Below are positions 25,586 to 37,086 of a stretch of 37,492 nucleotides of DNA, in pieces. Positions within the stretch are counted from its first letter, which is position 1, and every line of letters starts with the position of its first letter. Source of the stretch: Dehalococcoidia bacterium. GTDB taxonomy: Bacteria; Chloroflexota; Dehalococcoidia; Dehalococcoidales; DAOWJC01. Where the stretch lies: NCBI GenBank assembly GCA_030640595.1, contig DAOWJC010000081.1, positions 1-37,492 of the forward strand. Direction: 5' to 3'. The notes beneath the pieces were generated by a model that searched no databases, was not told where the DNA came from, and was given only the letters and a program-made list of their open reading frames with translations. The position numbers and the translations under genes were made by a program.

Positions 25586-25903
25586 GTCGCTTTACTCTCA
25601 CAAACGCTACTTAGCACCTCTTTTTGGGCATTACTCACTATCAAGAGTATATCAAAATTTTGTGGGCACTTCGACTGTCGGGGGGTTTTGTGGGGTATTT
25701 CGCCGAAAACTCAGCTTTACGGGGTGGGCATTACATAAAGACAAGGGGGATTGTGTTTAGAATTCGGCAACGGTCGCCGATGCGAAGGGAGCGAGCCAAC
25801 AGTGGGGCTCTGATAGGCTAAAGTTTCACTCCCTGACTGATAAAGCAAAGAGTTCACAAGTAAAGGCTTATTACCTGAGGTTCTTTTACAGGAAATTTGC
25901 CAT

Positions 25904-26302
25904 TTACAAGTTACTTGTAATCTTGTGAATCTCTGCTTCCAGTCTCCTTGTTGACCAAGGCTTTCCTGGACCATCTCCGGCCTTAGCCTTCTTGAGCCAC
26001 TCCAGCCGGTCGTCAAGCAGGGCGGCAATTAAGTGGTGTTTAAAGGTAAGAGTTTCATACCGGTATGAAACTTTGTATCTACTGGCAACCCACTTATCGT
26101 TGTATATGGTTCCGACATCGAAACCTGACTGCTCGGCTAGGTCGGTAATGGCGCGATAGTGTCCCTCATAGGCCAAGCATAGGTCTCCATACCACCAGTG
26201 GATAGCGCCTTCAATTAGTTCTAGTCGCCTGAAGGCTTCGAGAAACAATGATGACTCGAGTGCAATTTCTGAACAACAAACCGACTCATTCAAACCTTGC
26301 AC
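25904..26302 (-). CDS. Hypothetical protein, mobile-element associated
   Basis: 132 aa with a GTG start. The pattern WWYGD...LTFKHH..AAL...WL..A....WS.R.L is recalled from phage/plasmid proteins often fused to ParB-like domains. Lies next to the integrase. Confidence 0.5.
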   Translation of the reverse strand: MQGLNESVCCSEIALESSLFLEAFRRLELIEGAIHWWYGDLCLAYEGHYRAITDLAEQSGFDVGTIYNDKWVASRYKVSYRYETLTFKHHLIAALLDDRLEWLKKAKAGDGPGKPWSTRRLEAEIHKITSNL

Positions 26303-26499
26303 TTCTGGACAGACAGTACCCCGCTATCTAGTGGTCTGCCAGTCGGTCGAGAAATTCCAGCGGCTCTATGTTTGCTTCTCCTGAGATGGTGTGACAAAAA
26401 ACCAAGGTCTTGTAACGTAGCTAATCGGTATGAACTTTTACAGCGCAGTAAAACTTTATCCTTTTACCATCCCAAATCGCTGCCCCTCTTGATGACCGG

Positions 26500-27516
26500 C
26501 TAACCCCGCCAGCCCCAACCATCATCCCCACGGTTACGGTTATCGCCTCGCAAAAGCCGGTCCAGGGGGTCAAACTGTTGGTGGCCGGCCAGTGCCTTCT
26601 GGATATCAACATACCTAGAGTATTTCAAAACCATATACAGGGTGGAATGCCCCAGTAACAGTCGCAGTGTGTTCAGGTCACCCCCATTCTCCAGGTAGCG
26701 GGTGGCGAAGTAGTGACGGAAGCGGTGGGGGCCGCCCCCACCCTCAATTTTAGCCCGCTCCTTGAGGCGTCTAACCACCATCTGGATGCCACGTGGCGTC
26801 AGTTCCAATCCATCAGCATTTTTCCACAGCTCATCACCGCCCCGGGGTCTAATTTCAAGGTAGTGCTTGAGTGCTTTCCTGGCCTCTCCACCAATTGGCA
26901 CCACTCTCATTTTAGCTCCTTTACCCATTACCCTGACCTGTTTGAGGCCAGGGTCAAGCTCAGATAGCCTGATCCCGGCCAGCTCAGATAGCCTTAAGCC
27001 AGTAGCTATGAACAGTGAAATGATAGCCTTATTCCGAATACCAATATACCGGTGAAATCTAGCATCATCCTCGCAGAGCTGGAGCAGGGCATAGACATCT
27101 TTGTCGGTATAGGGTTCGACCTCCTTCTGGCCAGGAGAGCCCAGTTTCAGCCGCTGTGTTGGGTTACGCTCGAGGTACTCCTCTTCCTCAGCCCAGTTAA
27201 ACAGGATCTTTACTACCCGTCCGTGGTGGTGGACGGTGGCTGGTGATGCATATCGGGAGGATGAGCGGCTAATGTCGGTATAGCCCCAGCGGTTCCGTTC
27301 CGTTGAGACATAGGACAGAAATGCCCTGATGTGGTCGCGGGTGATGTCACCTGCCTCCCGGGGCCAGCCGTTGGTTTGGGCATACCACTCGAAGTTATGA
27401 AGGTAGGTCCGGTAGAAGAGCAATGTTGAGGGTCGGAGATGCTGGCGTGATAGTAGGAAGTCCCCTATTAGGTTTCTTAGGGTTAGCTGGGTGTTTGTTC
27501 TTGGTATTGTTACCAT
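26500..27516 (-). CDS. Tyrosine recombinase/phage-type integrase
   Basis: C-terminal catalytic signature: ATGLRLSEL (R), HRFRHYFAT (HxxR), LLGHSTLYMVLKYSRY (H...Y). N-terminal SAM-like domain. Confidence 0.9.
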   Translation of the reverse strand: MVTIPRTNTQLTLRNLIGDFLLSRQHLRPSTLLFYRTYLHNFEWYAQTNGWPREAGDITRDHIRAFLSYVSTERNRWGYTDISRSSSRYASPATVHHHGRVVKILFNWAEEEEYLERNPTQRLKLGSPGQKEVEPYTDKDVYALLQLCEDDARFHRYIGIRNKAIISLFIATGLRLSELAGIRLSELDPGLKQVRVMGKGAKMRVVPIGGEARKALKHYLEIRPRGGDELWKNADGLELTPRGIQMVVRRLKERAKIEGGGGPHRFRHYFATRYLENGGDLNTLRLLLGHSTLYMVLKYSRYVDIQKALAGHQQFDPLDRLLRGDNRNRGDDGWGWRG

Positions 27517-27623
27517 TTTTCATTTTTTGCCCGTCCGCTTTAAATCAGAGGCTTTTGAATCCTCTGCTCAACTGGCCTCAAATCGCCTATTTCGTGCCTA
27601 ATTTTAGCTCAAGTAGTAGCTAG

Positions 27624-27664
<41 letters not shown>

Positions 27665-27673
27665 ACGAAAAAT

Positions 27674-27702
27674 ATTGTAATTGCTGGTAGCATAAGTGTC
27701 AA
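27674..27702 (-). promoter_or_regulatory. Sigma70-type promoter reading into the tRNA-Phe fragment
   Basis: Minus strand TTGACA (27697-27702), 17-nt spacer, TACAAT (27674-27679). The -10 ends 9 nt upstream of tRNA position 1. Confidence 0.55.
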
Positions 27703-27742
27703 GCAAGCGTGCATCTGAGCCAGGATAAATCAGCAATAAAAT

Positions 27743-27773
27743 AGAGTCGCTCTGATTAAGCCAGGGCGACTCT
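27743..27773 (-). terminator. Rho-independent terminator after rpoC
   Basis: Minus strand AGAGTCGC - 15-nt loop - GCGACTCT followed by ATTTTATT, 39 nt after the rpoC stop. Confidence 0.6.
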
Positions 27774-27811
27774 CCGTTGCTAGAACAATCAAATCGTGAT
27801 GTGAGGAGGTC

Positions 27812-30800
27812 TTAGATAGCTAACTCCTCTTTATCTTCTTCACCGGCTTCCAATTTTGGCACCTCCTCGGGAGCCAAGTAGCGGGCTGGGATCAGTTTAC
27901 CAATAATTACATTTTCTTTGAGCCCAGTCAGTTTGTCTATTTTGCCGTAGACCGCAGCTCTGGTAAGCACCCTGGTGGTCTCCTGGAATGAGGCGGCTGC
28001 CAGCCAGCTGTCGGTGCTCAGCGAGGCTCTGGTTATACCCATTAATACGGGCTGGGCGGTGGCTGGCTCACCCCCTTCAGCCAGTACCTTAGCATTAATG
28101 TCCTCATAATGGAACCTGTCTACCAACTCTCCGGTTACGAGCTCGGTGTCGCCTGAGGAATCAATACGAACCTTGGACAGCATCTGATGGACGATAACTT
28201 CAATATGCTTATCGTTTATGTTCACCCCCTGGGAGCGGTATACCTTTTGCACCTCTTCTACCAGGTATCGCTGGACTGCCTCCCTGCCCAAAATGTGCAG
28301 TATATCCTGTGGGTTAATAGAGCCATCGGTAAGTTGCTGTCCTGCCTTTATTTGGTCTCCAGTTTGAACACGAATATGGGTGGCAGCTGGAACAACATAC
28401 TCTCGCTCCTCTTTCTCTTCATATTTGATGGACAGCTGACCATCTTCAATAACTACCTCACCGGCAACACGAGCCAGGAGGGCTTGAGCTTCAGTAGTTA
28501 GGGCGGCTGTTTTTGGCTTGGCTTTTGTCTTAGGGGGTTGACTAGCTAAAACTGCGCCTATATCTACCCATTGACCATTGTCCACCATGACTTGCCAGCC
28601 GGGAGGCAGTGAATATTCGTCACGGAATACCTCAGAGCTAGTAACCTTAATCCTTGCCCCCTCCTCATTATCAATCACCTCAGCCACCCCGTTTATTTCT
28701 GAGATAATGGCTTGAGCCTTAGGTGGCCTTGCCTCAAAGAGTTCTTCTACCCTAGGCAGACCGCTGGTGATATCAAGTCCTACCACACCGCCGGTGTGGA
28801 AGGTGCGTAGAGTTAGCTGGGTGCCCGGCTCACCAATACTCTGGGCGGCAATTATGCCTACTGCTGTGTTGAAGTTAACTATGTGGCCACGGGCGAGGTC
28901 TCGGCCGTAGCACCGCTGGCAAGCACCCTGCCTGGACTGACAGGTAAGTGGAGACCTGACAGGAACAATGGTTAACCCAGCAGCAACAATTTCATTTGCC
29001 TTCTGCTCATCAATTTCCTCATTCTGGTCAACGATTGTTTTTCTAGTGCGGGGATTAATCACTCTACTGGCAGCCAACCGACCTGTTATTCGCTCAACAA
29101 GTGACGGTAGTAGTCCCTTTTCTTCCGGCTCAGATATCCATATACCATCTGTAGTACCACAGTCATCCTGGAGGATAATAACATTTTGGGCAACATCAAT
29201 GAGGCGCCTGGTGAGGTAACCGCTACCCGATGTCCTCAGGGCGGTATCGGCTAGTCCTTTGCGAGCGCCATGGGTAGAGATAAAGTATTCCAGAACACTG
29301 TGCCCTTCACGGAGACTCGATTTAATAGGAAAGTCGATTATTTTACCTGAGGGGTTAGTCATCAAACCCCGCATCCCTGCCATCTGTCTAATCTGGGAAA
29401 TATTCCCCTTTGCCCCTGATGTTGCCATCATGTAAATGCCACCGTAGCGATTAAGGGTGTCAGTAATAGCATCAGTAAGCCTGTCAGTAGTTTCTATCCA
29501 TACTTCTACAACACCATTATACCTTTCATCCTCGGTGATTAAGCCGCGTTGATACTGGTTTTCAATAATGGCAGCCCTTTCCTCGGCTTCTTCTAATAGC
29601 TTCGGCTTACTGTCAGGAACCTCAATATCGCTTATAGCTATGGTGGTCCCTGATTTGGTGGCATAGTGGAAGCCAAGTTGTTTGAGGTTGTCCAGTACCT
29701 CAGCCATATCTTCATGACTTAGTAGCTTATGGCAATCGGTTACTATTTGCTTTAAGTCTGACTTATCAATTACTTTGTTGTGGAAGCCTAGCTCTGGGGG
29801 CAAAACCTCGTTAAAGATGATCCGACCAACGCTGGTTTTAAGCCTTTGCCCCCTTTTGTCCCCATCCCTGACCTCAATCTCAGCTCTGAGGTCGACAGCG
29901 CCAAGTTCATAGGTGAGCTTTGCTACTTCGAAACTGCTGAAGACTGTGTCTTCTCCCTTGGCTCTAGGCTTGATGGCAGTCAGGTAGTAGCAACCGAGAA
30001 CCATATCTAGGGTTGGGGTTACTATTGGCTCGCCACAGCTTGGTAGTAGCATATTGTGGATGCTGAGCATCATCTTTCTAGCTCCTTCGACGGCAGCTTT
30101 AGACAGAGGGATGTGGACTGCCATCTGGTCGCCATCAAAATCAGCATTGAAAGCAGGACATACCAGGGGGTGGATGCGGATGGCACTGCCATCGATGAGC
30201 ACTGGCTCGAAGGCCTGAATGCTAAGTCGGTGCAGGGTGGGAGCCCGGTTAAGCAGCACCGGCCGTTCCTTGACAACCTCCTCAAGTATGTCATATACCT
30301 CTGGCTTGGCTCTCTCCACCAGCCGTCGAGCACTCTTGATGTTGTGGGCGAGGCCTTGTTCCACTAGTCGGCGCATAATAAAGGGCTTAAATAGCTCCAG
30401 AGCCATTCGTCTGGGTAAACCGCATTGGTGGAGTTTGAGTTCGGGGCCAACAACGATGACTGAGCGCCCGCTATAATCAACTCGCTTGCCGAGCAGGTTC
30501 TGACGGAAGCGTCCTTGTTTGCCACGGAGCATGTCTGAGAGTGATTTCAATTTGTGATTACCGCTGACGGAGACGGGTACCCCTCTTCTCCCATTATCGA
30601 TAAGGGAATCAACTGCTTCTTGGAGCATCCGTTTCTCATTGCGGATGATAATTTCGGGTGCTCCTATTTCCAACAGGTGGCGTAATCGATTATTACGGTT
30701 GATGACCCGTCGGTATAGGTCATTAAGGTCACTGATAGCGAATCTACCGCCGTCTAGCTGAACCATAGGTCGAAGGTCAGGGGGCAGGACAGGCGACACG

Positions 30801-31681
30801 GTTATAATCATCCATTCTGGTTTATTGCCACTGCGGCGAAATGCCTCCACTACCTGTAGTCGCTTGCTTGCCTTCTTGCGACGTTGACCCGAAGTAGAGT
30901 GGGTTTCCTGGAGTAGCTCGTTGCGCAGTTCGTCAAGGTTAATACCCTTAAGTAATTGGAGAATAGCCTCTGCTCCCATCCCAGCCTCAAAAACCTGACC
31001 ATATTTCTGTTTCATCCCATGATAGTTGCTCTCGATGAGTAGTTGCCCTACCCGGAGGTCTTTTAGCTGTTCTACATCTACAGAAAGCTGCTCTTTAAGC
31101 TGCGCCTTTTCCTCAGCCCAGTTTCGCCGGAGCTGGTTTACTTCTTCTACTGATGCTTGCTCCATCTCAGTGATTTTAGCCTCCAGGGCGCTTTGGCGCT
31201 CGGCTATTTCCTGTGAGCTTGCCTCCTCGAGTTGTCTAATTGCTTCCCGTCGTGCCTCCTCGTCTATGGAGGTGATGATATAATGGGAGAAGTACAGGAC
31301 ACGCTCCAGGCTTCGTGGTGATAGGTCAAGCAGTAGTCCCAACTGGCTAGGTATCCCCTTGGCAAACCAGATATGGCTTACCGGGGAGGCTAGTTCAATA
31401 TGCCCCATCCGTTCCCGACGTACCTTAGCCCGGGCTACCTCGACGCCACACTTATCGCAAATAACTCCCTTGTAGCGTATCCGTTTATACTTACCACAAA
31501 AGCATTCGAAGTCTTTGGTTGGGCCAAAGATTCTCTCACAGAAAAGCCCATCCCTTTCTGGCTTCAGGGTGCGGTAGTTGATGGTCTCTGGCTTGGTTAC
31601 CTCACCGTATGACCAGCTCCTAATCTGTTCCGGTGAGGCCAGGGAGATACGGATAGCATCAAAATCGTTAACTTCAAGCAT
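27812..31681 (-). CDS. rpoC: DNA-directed RNA polymerase subunit beta'
   Basis: Zinc-binding CFCGKYK..CDKCGV; [12 protein letters not shown] catalytic loop; full-length colinearity. The start overlaps the rpoB end by 8 nt. Confidence 0.97.
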   Translation of the reverse strand: MLEVNDFDAIRISLASPEQIRSWSYGEVTKPETINYRTLKPERDGLFCERIFGPTKDFECFCGKYKRIRYKGVICDKCGVEVARAKVRRERMGHIELASPVSHIWFAKGIPSQLGLLLDLSPRSLERVLYFSHYIITSIDEEARREAIRQLEEASSQEIAERQSALEAKITEMEQASVEEVNQLRRNWAEEKAQLKEQLSVDVEQLKDLRVGQLLIESNYHGMKQKYGQVFEAGMGAEAILQLLKGINLDELRNELLQETHSTSGQRRKKASKRLQVVEAFRRSGNKPEWMIITVSPVLPPDLRPMVQLDGGRFAISDLNDLYRRVINRNNRLRHLLEIGAPEIIIRNEKRMLQEAVDSLIDNGRRGVPVSVSGNHKLKSLSDMLRGKQGRFRQNLLGKRVDYSGRSVIVVGPELKLHQCGLPRRMALELFKPFIMRRLVEQGLAHNIKSARRLVERAKPEVYDILEEVVKERPVLLNRAPTLHRLSIQAFEPVLIDGSAIRIHPLVCPAFNADFDGDQMAVHIPLSKAAVEGARKMMLSIHNMLLPSCGEPIVTPTLDMVLGCYYLTAIKPRAKGEDTVFSSFEVAKLTYELGAVDLRAEIEVRDGDKRGQRLKTSVGRIIFNEVLPPELGFHNKVIDKSDLKQIVTDCHKLLSHEDMAEVLDNLKQLGFHYATKSGTTIAISDIEVPDSKPKLLEEAEERAAIIENQYQRGLITEDERYNGVVEVWIETTDRLTDAITDTLNRYGGIYMMATSGAKGNISQIRQMAGMRGLMTNPSGKIIDFPIKSSLREGHSVLEYFISTHGARKGLADTALRTSGSGYLTRRLIDVAQNVIILQDDCGTTDGIWISEPEEKGLLPSLVERITGRLAASRVINPRTRKTIVDQNEEIDEQKANEIVAAGLTIVPVRSPLTCQSRQGACQRCYGRDLARGHIVNFNTAVGIIAAQSIGEPGTQLTLRTFHTGGVVGLDITSGLPRVEELFEARPPKAQAIISEINGVAEVIDNEEGARIKVTSSEVFRDEYSLPPGWQVMVDNGQWVDIGAVLASQPPKTKAKPKTAALTTEAQALLARVAGEVVIEDGQLSIKYEEKEEREYVVPAATHIRVQTGDQIKAGQQLTDGSINPQDILHILGREAVQRYLVEEVQKVYRSQGVNINDKHIEVIVHQMLSKVRIDSSGDTELVTGELVDRFHYEDINAKVLAEGGEPATAQPVLMGITRASLSTDSWLAAASFQETTRVLTRAAVYGKIDKLTGLKENVIIGKLIPARYLAPEEVPKLEAGEEDKEELAI

Positions 31682-34600
31682 TTTCTTCTTCTACCTCGGC
31701 TTCAGACTCTGCTTCCGGTTCAGGTACTTCAGTAGTTTCCCCAGCAGGGGTTACTTTTTCACCTTCCACCTCGACTTTAAGTTCTGCTTCCAGTTCAGGT
31801 ACCTCTGTTTCCAGTTCGGGTACTTCAGTAATTTCCCCAGCAGGGGTTACTTTTTCACCTTCTATCTCAACTTTAAGCTCTGCTTCCAGTTCAGGTACTT
31901 CTGTTTTCCCAGCAGGGGTTATCTTTTCTTCAGTAATCACCTCAATGTCAAGCCCTAAGCTTCGTAGTTCCTTAACCAGAACCTTAAACGATTCTGGCAC
32001 GCCGGGTTGGAGAATGTCCTCATTCTTAATTATAGACTCATAGGTTTTGGCTCGACCGGTCACATCATCTGACTTGATGGTCAGAAACTCCTGGAGGTTG
32101 TGGGCAGCGCCATAGGCTTCCAGTGCCCATACCTCCATTTCACCAAAGCGTTGGCCCCCGAATTGGGCCTTACCCCCCAGAGGTTGTTGGCTAATCAATG
32201 AGTAGGGTCCAGTAGAGCGGGCATGAACCTTATCTTCAACTAGGTGATTCAGCTTCATTATATAGATGTTACCCACTGTTACCGGCTGGTCAAATGGCTC
32301 GCCGTTGTATCCATCGCGAAGTATAACCTTGCCGATGATGGGTGGGGTGAGGTTCATTTCAGTGCTGACCTTGTCTACGGCTTGCTCCAACTCCTGTGCA
32401 TTAAGGTCTCGGCTAGCTATGTCTAGGTCTTCGAGCCATAGGCGCAAGCAAACCTCCTTTGCCTCTCCCGGGTAATCATCACTGAACACCCTCTCTCCGT
32501 CGTAGCCACGGCTTTCAAGCCATGCCTTAGCCAGTTCCAATTGCATGGTGGTGTTCTCGTTACCAGGGTCAAGGTTGATTGCCCCTGCTTTTTGAGCAAG
32601 CCAAACCCTGGCCAGGGCATCCTCAATAGCAGTGTCGTCAGCACCATCAAAGACGGGGGTAAGCACCTTGAAGCCCAGTGTCTGAGCACTCCAGCCCAAA
32701 TGGGTTTCCAGAACTTGGCCAATATTCATACGGGATGGCACGCCTATAGGATTGAGGATAATATCTACTGGTGTGCCACCAGGAAGGAAAGGCATGTCCT
32801 CAGCTGGGGCTATGATAGAGATGACCCCCTTATTTCCATGCCGCCCGGCTAGCTTATCCCCTACAGAAACTCTTCGTTTCTGAGCAACCCAGACTTGTAC
32901 CCATTGATTAACCCCAGCAGGTAGGTCATCGCCAGAGAAGACCTTCACATTAATTGCTTTGCCCCACTCACCGTGGGGTACCCGCAGGGAGGTGTCCTTT
33001 ACTTCTCGGGCTTGCTCGCCAAAGATAGCCCGTAGAAGTTTCTCTTCAGCAGATAGCTCGGTTTCCCCCTTTGGAGTAATTTTACCTACTAGTATATCGC
33101 CTGGGCTTACCTCGGCACCAATGCGAATAATGCCGTCTTCATCAAGCTCACGCAAGCTTTCCTCACCTACATTAGGTATATCTCTGGTGATTTCCTCGGG
33201 TCCTAACTTGGTATCCCGGGCTTCTAGCTCATGCTTCTCAATGTGAATAGAGGTAAACTTATCCTCCTCAACCAAGCGATTGCTAATGATGATAGCGTCC
33301 TCGAAGTTATAACCTTTCCAACTCATAAAGGCGCACAGCACATTTTGCCCTAGAGCCAGCTCCCCCTGTTCAGTAGCTGAGCTATCGGCTAGAACCTGTC
33401 CCGCCTCTACCCGGTCCCCATTGTTTACTATGGGGCGCTGATTAATGCAGGTTCCCTGATTGGTGCGCACGAATTTCATTAGCGGGTATGGTCTCTTATT
33501 ACCGTCATCCTCGGTAACCACAATCTGCGAGCTAGTAACCGAGGTTACCACGCCGGCATTTTGGGCAAAGAGCACCTGTCCACTATGCTTGGCAGCTTCT
33601 ATTTCCATACCAGTAGCTACCAAAGGTGCCTCGGGGCGAACCAGGGGCACAGCTTGCCGCTGCATATTAGAGCCCATCAGGGCACGATTAGCATCATCAT
33701 GCTCTAGGAAGGGTATTAGTGAAGCGGCAACGCTGAATACTTGCTTGGGTGATACGTCCATAAAATCAATTTTATCAGGTACAGCCTGTAGGTAACGGTC
33801 GGCCAACCTGGCTTCAACCCTTTCCTCTACAAATTGACTATTTTGGTCAAGCTGGGCATTAGCTTGGGCAATAGTATATTTGTCCTCCTCGTCGGCTGAT
33901 AGGTAAGCAACCTCGTCAGAGACGAAGGGCACCACCCTTACAATTCTGGGAGGTAGCTTAGATAGTCTACTGACATGCTTGGGAGTAATGGTAGCCCCAG
34001 CTTTTACTATGGTATTACCATTGTCGTCAAGCACTGCCTCCCTGGTTGTTTTACCTAGCAATTTGTCATAGTCGGCTGATATATAAACGACGGCATCGGT
34101 GAGGGGCACTACCTTTATAGCTCTGGCAGCCGGTAGCTTAGATAGCCTACTGACATGCTTGCGGGTAATGGTAGCCCCAGCTTCTACTAAGGTATTACCG
34201 TAGTTGTCAACTACTGCCTCCCTGGTTGTTTTCCTTAGCAGTCCGTCATAGCTATTGCTCACCCCGGTAATAACCCAGCGGTATGGTGTCTCAATAAAAC
34301 CATGCTCATTAATCACGCCGTAGGTGGCTAAAGAGCCGATGAGACCGATGTTAGGTCCCTCCGGTGTTTCAATGGGGCAGATTCTACCATAGTGGGAAAA
34401 GTGGACATCACGGACATCAAAGCCAGCGCGCTCACGAGACAGACCTCCTGGTCCCATTGCTGATAAGCGACGCTTATGAGTTAGCTCAGCCAGTGGGTTG
34501 GTTTGATCCATAAATTGTGATAGCTGTGAGCCACCGAAGAACTCCCTGATTGCTGCCACCACGGGGTGAATATTGACCAGAGCTCGGGGGGTAACTGCCT

Positions 34601-35708
34601 CATTGCTGGTAATGCTCATACGCTCCCTGGCTACCCTCTCCAGGCGCAATAATCCGATGCGGAACTGCTCTTGAATCAGCTCGCCAACAGTTCGCACTCG
34701 CCGGTTTCCTAGATGGTCAATATCATCTGTGGTATCAGCACCATTATTAACCATAATGATGTGCCTGACTATCTCGACAATATCTTCCTTGGTTAGAGTT
34801 CGTTGACTTTCTGGAACCTCAAGCCCTAACCGCTTATTAAGCTTATAACGACCTACACTCCCCAGGTCATAACGCTGGGAATTAAAGAACAGGTCGTTTA
34901 TTAGTTTTCTGGCACTTTCAATATTGGGTGGGTCGCCAGGGCGTAATTTTCTATAGATATCAATCAAGGCCTCAGGCTCGTCCCTAACCAAAGGCTCACG
35001 CTCTATAGTTGACCTGATAAATCGGTGCTCTGGAGAATCATCCTCTTTGGTGAACAAGCTGAGCAGTTGCTCATCACTACTGTAACCAAGAGCACGTAGC
35101 AGCGTGGTAATAGGAATCTTCCGTTTGCCATTTATCTTGGCTGAGATTACATCTCGGTTGCTGGCGTCAAACTCCAGCCAAGCCCCGCGGCTAGGAATTA
35201 GCTTGGCACGACATAATTCACGGCCACTGGTGGCATCTTCTTCAATGGTGAAGTAAATACCGGGGGAACGGAGTAACTGGCTTACTACTACCCGTTCAGC
35301 GCCACTGGTAATGAAGGTGCCTTTAGCTGTCATCAGAGGGATGTCGCCCAAAAATAGGTCTTGTTCCTTGATTTCCCCGGTTCCTTTAACCAGCAACTTT
35401 GCTCTGACATAGAGAGGGACTGAGTAGGTCAGGTCTTGCTGGCGACACTCTGGCTCAGTTTTCCAACTGTGAGGAATGCGGAACTCATAGTCTGTGAAGC
35501 TAAGCTCGAACCTGTTGCCAGTGACATCCTTGATAGGCGATACCCCCCCCAGCAATTGCTTTAGTCCCTTTTCCTGAAACCAGAGGAATGAGTTTAATTG
35601 AACTTCAATTAGATTAGGTACATCTAGTATCTGGGGTAACCTGGCATAAGATTTTCTGGAAACAGCAGGCATTCTCTTTCTAGTGTGTGTTGGTGACGCG
35701 AAAACCAT
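31674..35708 (-). CDS. rpoB: DNA-directed RNA polymerase subunit beta, with internal tandem duplication and repetitive acidic C-terminal tail
   Basis: Conserved blocks: [81 protein letters not shown]. Confidence 0.97.
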   Translation of the reverse strand: MVFASPTHTRKRMPAVSRKSYARLPQILDVPNLIEVQLNSFLWFQEKGLKQLLGGVSPIKDVTGNRFELSFTDYEFRIPHSWKTEPECRQQDLTYSVPLYVRAKLLVKGTGEIKEQDLFLGDIPLMTAKGTFITSGAERVVVSQLLRSPGIYFTIEEDATSGRELCRAKLIPSRGAWLEFDASNRDVISAKINGKRKIPITTLLRALGYSSDEQLLSLFTKEDDSPEHRFIRSTIEREPLVRDEPEALIDIYRKLRPGDPPNIESARKLINDLFFNSQRYDLGSVGRYKLNKRLGLEVPESQRTLTKEDIVEIVRHIIMVNNGADTTDDIDHLGNRRVRTVGELIQEQFRIGLLRLERVARERMSITSNEAVTPRALVNIHPVVAAIREFFGGSQLSQFMDQTNPLAELTHKRRLSAMGPGGLSRERAGFDVRDVHFSHYGRICPIETPEGPNIGLIGSLATYGVINEHGFIETPYRWVITGVSNSYDGLLRKTTREAVVDNYGNTLVEAGATITRKHVSRLSKLPAARAIKVVPLTDAVVYISADYDKLLGKTTREAVLDDNGNTIVKAGATITPKHVSRLSKLPPRIVRVVPFVSDEVAYLSADEEDKYTIAQANAQLDQNSQFVEERVEARLADRYLQAVPDKIDFMDVSPKQVFSVAASLIPFLEHDDANRALMGSNMQRQAVPLVRPEAPLVATGMEIEAAKHSGQVLFAQNAGVVTSVTSSQIVVTEDDGNKRPYPLMKFVRTNQGTCINQRPIVNNGDRVEAGQVLADSSATEQGELALGQNVLCAFMSWKGYNFEDAIIISNRLVEEDKFTSIHIEKHELEARDTKLGPEEITRDIPNVGEESLRELDEDGIIRIGAEVSPGDILVGKITPKGETELSAEEKLLRAIFGEQAREVKDTSLRVPHGEWGKAINVKVFSGDDLPAGVNQWVQVWVAQKRRVSVGDKLAGRHGNKGVISIIAPAEDMPFLPGGTPVDIILNPIGVPSRMNIGQVLETHLGWSAQTLGFKVLTPVFDGADDTAIEDALARVWLAQKAGAINLDPGNENTTMQLELAKAWLESRGYDGERVFSDDYPGEAKEVCLRLWLEDLDIASRDLNAQELEQAVDKVSTEMNLTPPIIGKVILRDGYNGEPFDQPVTVGNIYIMKLNHLVEDKVHARSTGPYSLISQQPLGGKAQFGGQRFGEMEVWALEAYGAAHNLQEFLTIKSDDVTGRAKTYESIIKNEDILQPGVPESFKVLVKELRSLGLDIEVITEEKITPAGKTEVPELEAELKVEIEGEKVTPAGEITEVPELETEVPELEAELKVEVEGEKVTPAGETTEVPEPEAESEAEVEEENA
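31677..31940 (-). repeat. Coding tandem repeat (about 96-nt period) forming the RpoB C-terminal tail
   Basis: The unit CCCCAGCAGGGGTTACTTTTTCACC... recurs at 31739 and 31835, with a partial copy at 31908. Peptide units: EKVTPAGE(I/T)[13 protein letters not shown](I/V)EG. Confidence 0.85.
33891..34250 (-). repeat. In-frame 2 x 180-bp tandem duplication inside rpoB
   Basis: Units 34071-34250 and 33891-34070. A core of about 125 nt is roughly 88% identical by eye (GGTAGCTTAGATAG..CCTGGTTGTTTT). The 60-aa peptide units are 41/60 identical. Confidence 0.85.
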
Positions 35709-35840
35709 TCCTAGCTCTACTCCTTAAAACAGGCACGCAAAATTTTTGCATTACTGTGGTACTAATGCTGAGTAAGACCTGTGGCTAATAGAGAGATATA
35801 AATAAGGTAAAACCTTAGGAGGCATAATTAACAATCTACA

Positions 35841-35869
35841 ATCATACCACTAGAATTTATATTTGTCAA
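35841..35869 (-). promoter_or_regulatory. Sigma70-type promoter of rpoBC
   Basis: Minus strand TTGACA (35864-35869), 17-nt spacer ending in TGG, TATGAT (35841-35846). About 125-nt leader to the rpoB ATG. Confidence 0.55.
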
Positions 35870-35881
35870 GTCTTGTGTCAT

Positions 35882-37079
35882 CAAGGGTGCTTCTCAATAA
35901 TGATTGACGAATAATCAATCCTGTTTTACACTTCTACCAAAAAGGTAGGAGTGTAGCAGAGATGGACTATATGGGGCTAGAAAAGGTGGCTAGCAAGATG
36001 GCGATGGACATAGTAACAAGGGCAAGTGTAATTGAAATGCCGAAGTGTAAGTTCTGCGGTTCTAGTGATGTGGTAAAGAATGGCACAAGGGCTGGCACGC
36101 AATACTGGCTTTGTAAGGAATGTGGCAGGGGTTTTGTGGACAACAAGGCTCTGCCAAAGAGCAGATACCCGATAGAAGCGGTAAGCTCGGCGTTGTATAT
36201 GTATTTTACAGGTTCATCTCTTAACGACATTAAGAGGTATATAGAACAGCAATTCGGCACGGAGTTGCCTTCTGATTCAACCATATATAACTGGGTGGTA
36301 AAATTCTCCGAAATAGCCTCAAAAGAAGCTAAACAACATAAACCGACATCAATAGGCAATGTCTGGATTGCGGATGAGCTTTTTCTGTCAATCGGGGGCA
36401 AGAGATATTATCTCTGGGATGTCATAGACAGCAAAACAAGATACCTTATAGCCACCTACCTATCACCGAGGCGTGGAACGCAAGAAGCCAAGAAGTTAAT
36501 GGAATTGGCTTCAGAGAGAGCAGGGATAGTGCCTAAAGTGGTAATCACAGACTCGCTTGCCAGTTACCTAGACGGCATAGAGCTTGCCTTCGGCTCGGAA
36601 ACAAAGCACATCCAGAGCCACCCGTTTGCCAAAGAGGATAGCACCAGCCTTATTGAGAGGTGGCACGCCACGCTACGGGAACGCACAAAGGTAATGTGGG
36701 GAATGAAGAAGCCAGAAACAACTAGGGTGATACTGGATGGCTTTTTGGTGTTCTACAACTACTTTAGACCGCACGAAAGTTTGAATGATAAAACACCCGC
36801 AGAAGTAGCAGGCATAGATTATCCTTATAAGAATTGGCTGGATGTGGTGAAAAGCCAATCTCCATTAGGGCAATCTAATGAAAAAACTGATATACCGCTT
36901 GATGAAGAAGAGGTCGTTATCCATCCAACAAAGCCTTACAGGAAAAGGTTAAAACCAAAGAAGAAACGAAGGATAAGAGGCAGAATACAGACTACTTTAA
37001 GAGAGGTGAGACTATGAGTGTAAAATCAACACTACCGCATTATAGACCTTCGGACAAATTAGTTGCTAAACACCTTGCT
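35882..37079 (+). mobile_element. IS6-family insertion sequence (boundaries tentative)
   Basis: Single transposase ORF flanked by imperfect inverted repeats: CAAGGGTGCTTCTCAATAATGATTG (35882-35906) versus the reverse complement of 37055-37079, AGCAAGGTGTTTAGCAACTAATTTG. About 20 of 27 positions match with 2 gaps. No direct repeats found. Confidence 0.4.
35962..37017 (+). CDS. IS6-family DDE transposase with N-terminal zinc finger
   Basis: CKFCGSS..CKECG zinc finger. WIADELFL..YYLWDVID..ATYLSPRRG (the IS6 hallmark YLSPRR), VITDSLASY, SLIERWHATLRERTK. Confidence 0.85.
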   Translation: MDYMGLEKVASKMAMDIVTRASVIEMPKCKFCGSSDVVKNGTRAGTQYWLCKECGRGFVDNKALPKSRYPIEAVSSALYMYFTGSSLNDIKRYIEQQFGTELPSDSTIYNWVVKFSEIASKEAKQHKPTSIGNVWIADELFLSIGGKRYYLWDVIDSKTRYLIATYLSPRRGTQEAKKLMELASERAGIVPKVVITDSLASYLDGIELAFGSETKHIQSHPFAKEDSTSLIERWHATLRERTKVMWGMKKPETTRVILDGFLVFYNYFRPHESLNDKTPAEVAGIDYPYKNWLDVVKSQSPLGQSNEKTDIPLDEEEVVIHPTKPYRKRLKPKKKRRIRGRIQTTLREVRL

Positions 37080-37086
37080 CGGTATC

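Noticed and set aside
25904-25920. Palindrome TTACAAG-TTA-CTTGTAA at the end of the 132-aa ORF
   Set aside because: An AT-rich 7-bp stem that overlaps the stop codon, with no U-tract after it. Insufficient for a terminator or binding-site call.
31690-31930. CRISPR-like regular repeats
   Set aside because: The repeats are contiguous with no spacers, are in frame, and lie within rpoB. No cas genes are present in the window.
31578-31958. 126-aa plus-strand ORF with repeated [15 protein letters not shown] units
   Set aside because: Antisense reading of the rpoB C-terminal coding repeat. The periodicity is explained by the minus-strand gene.
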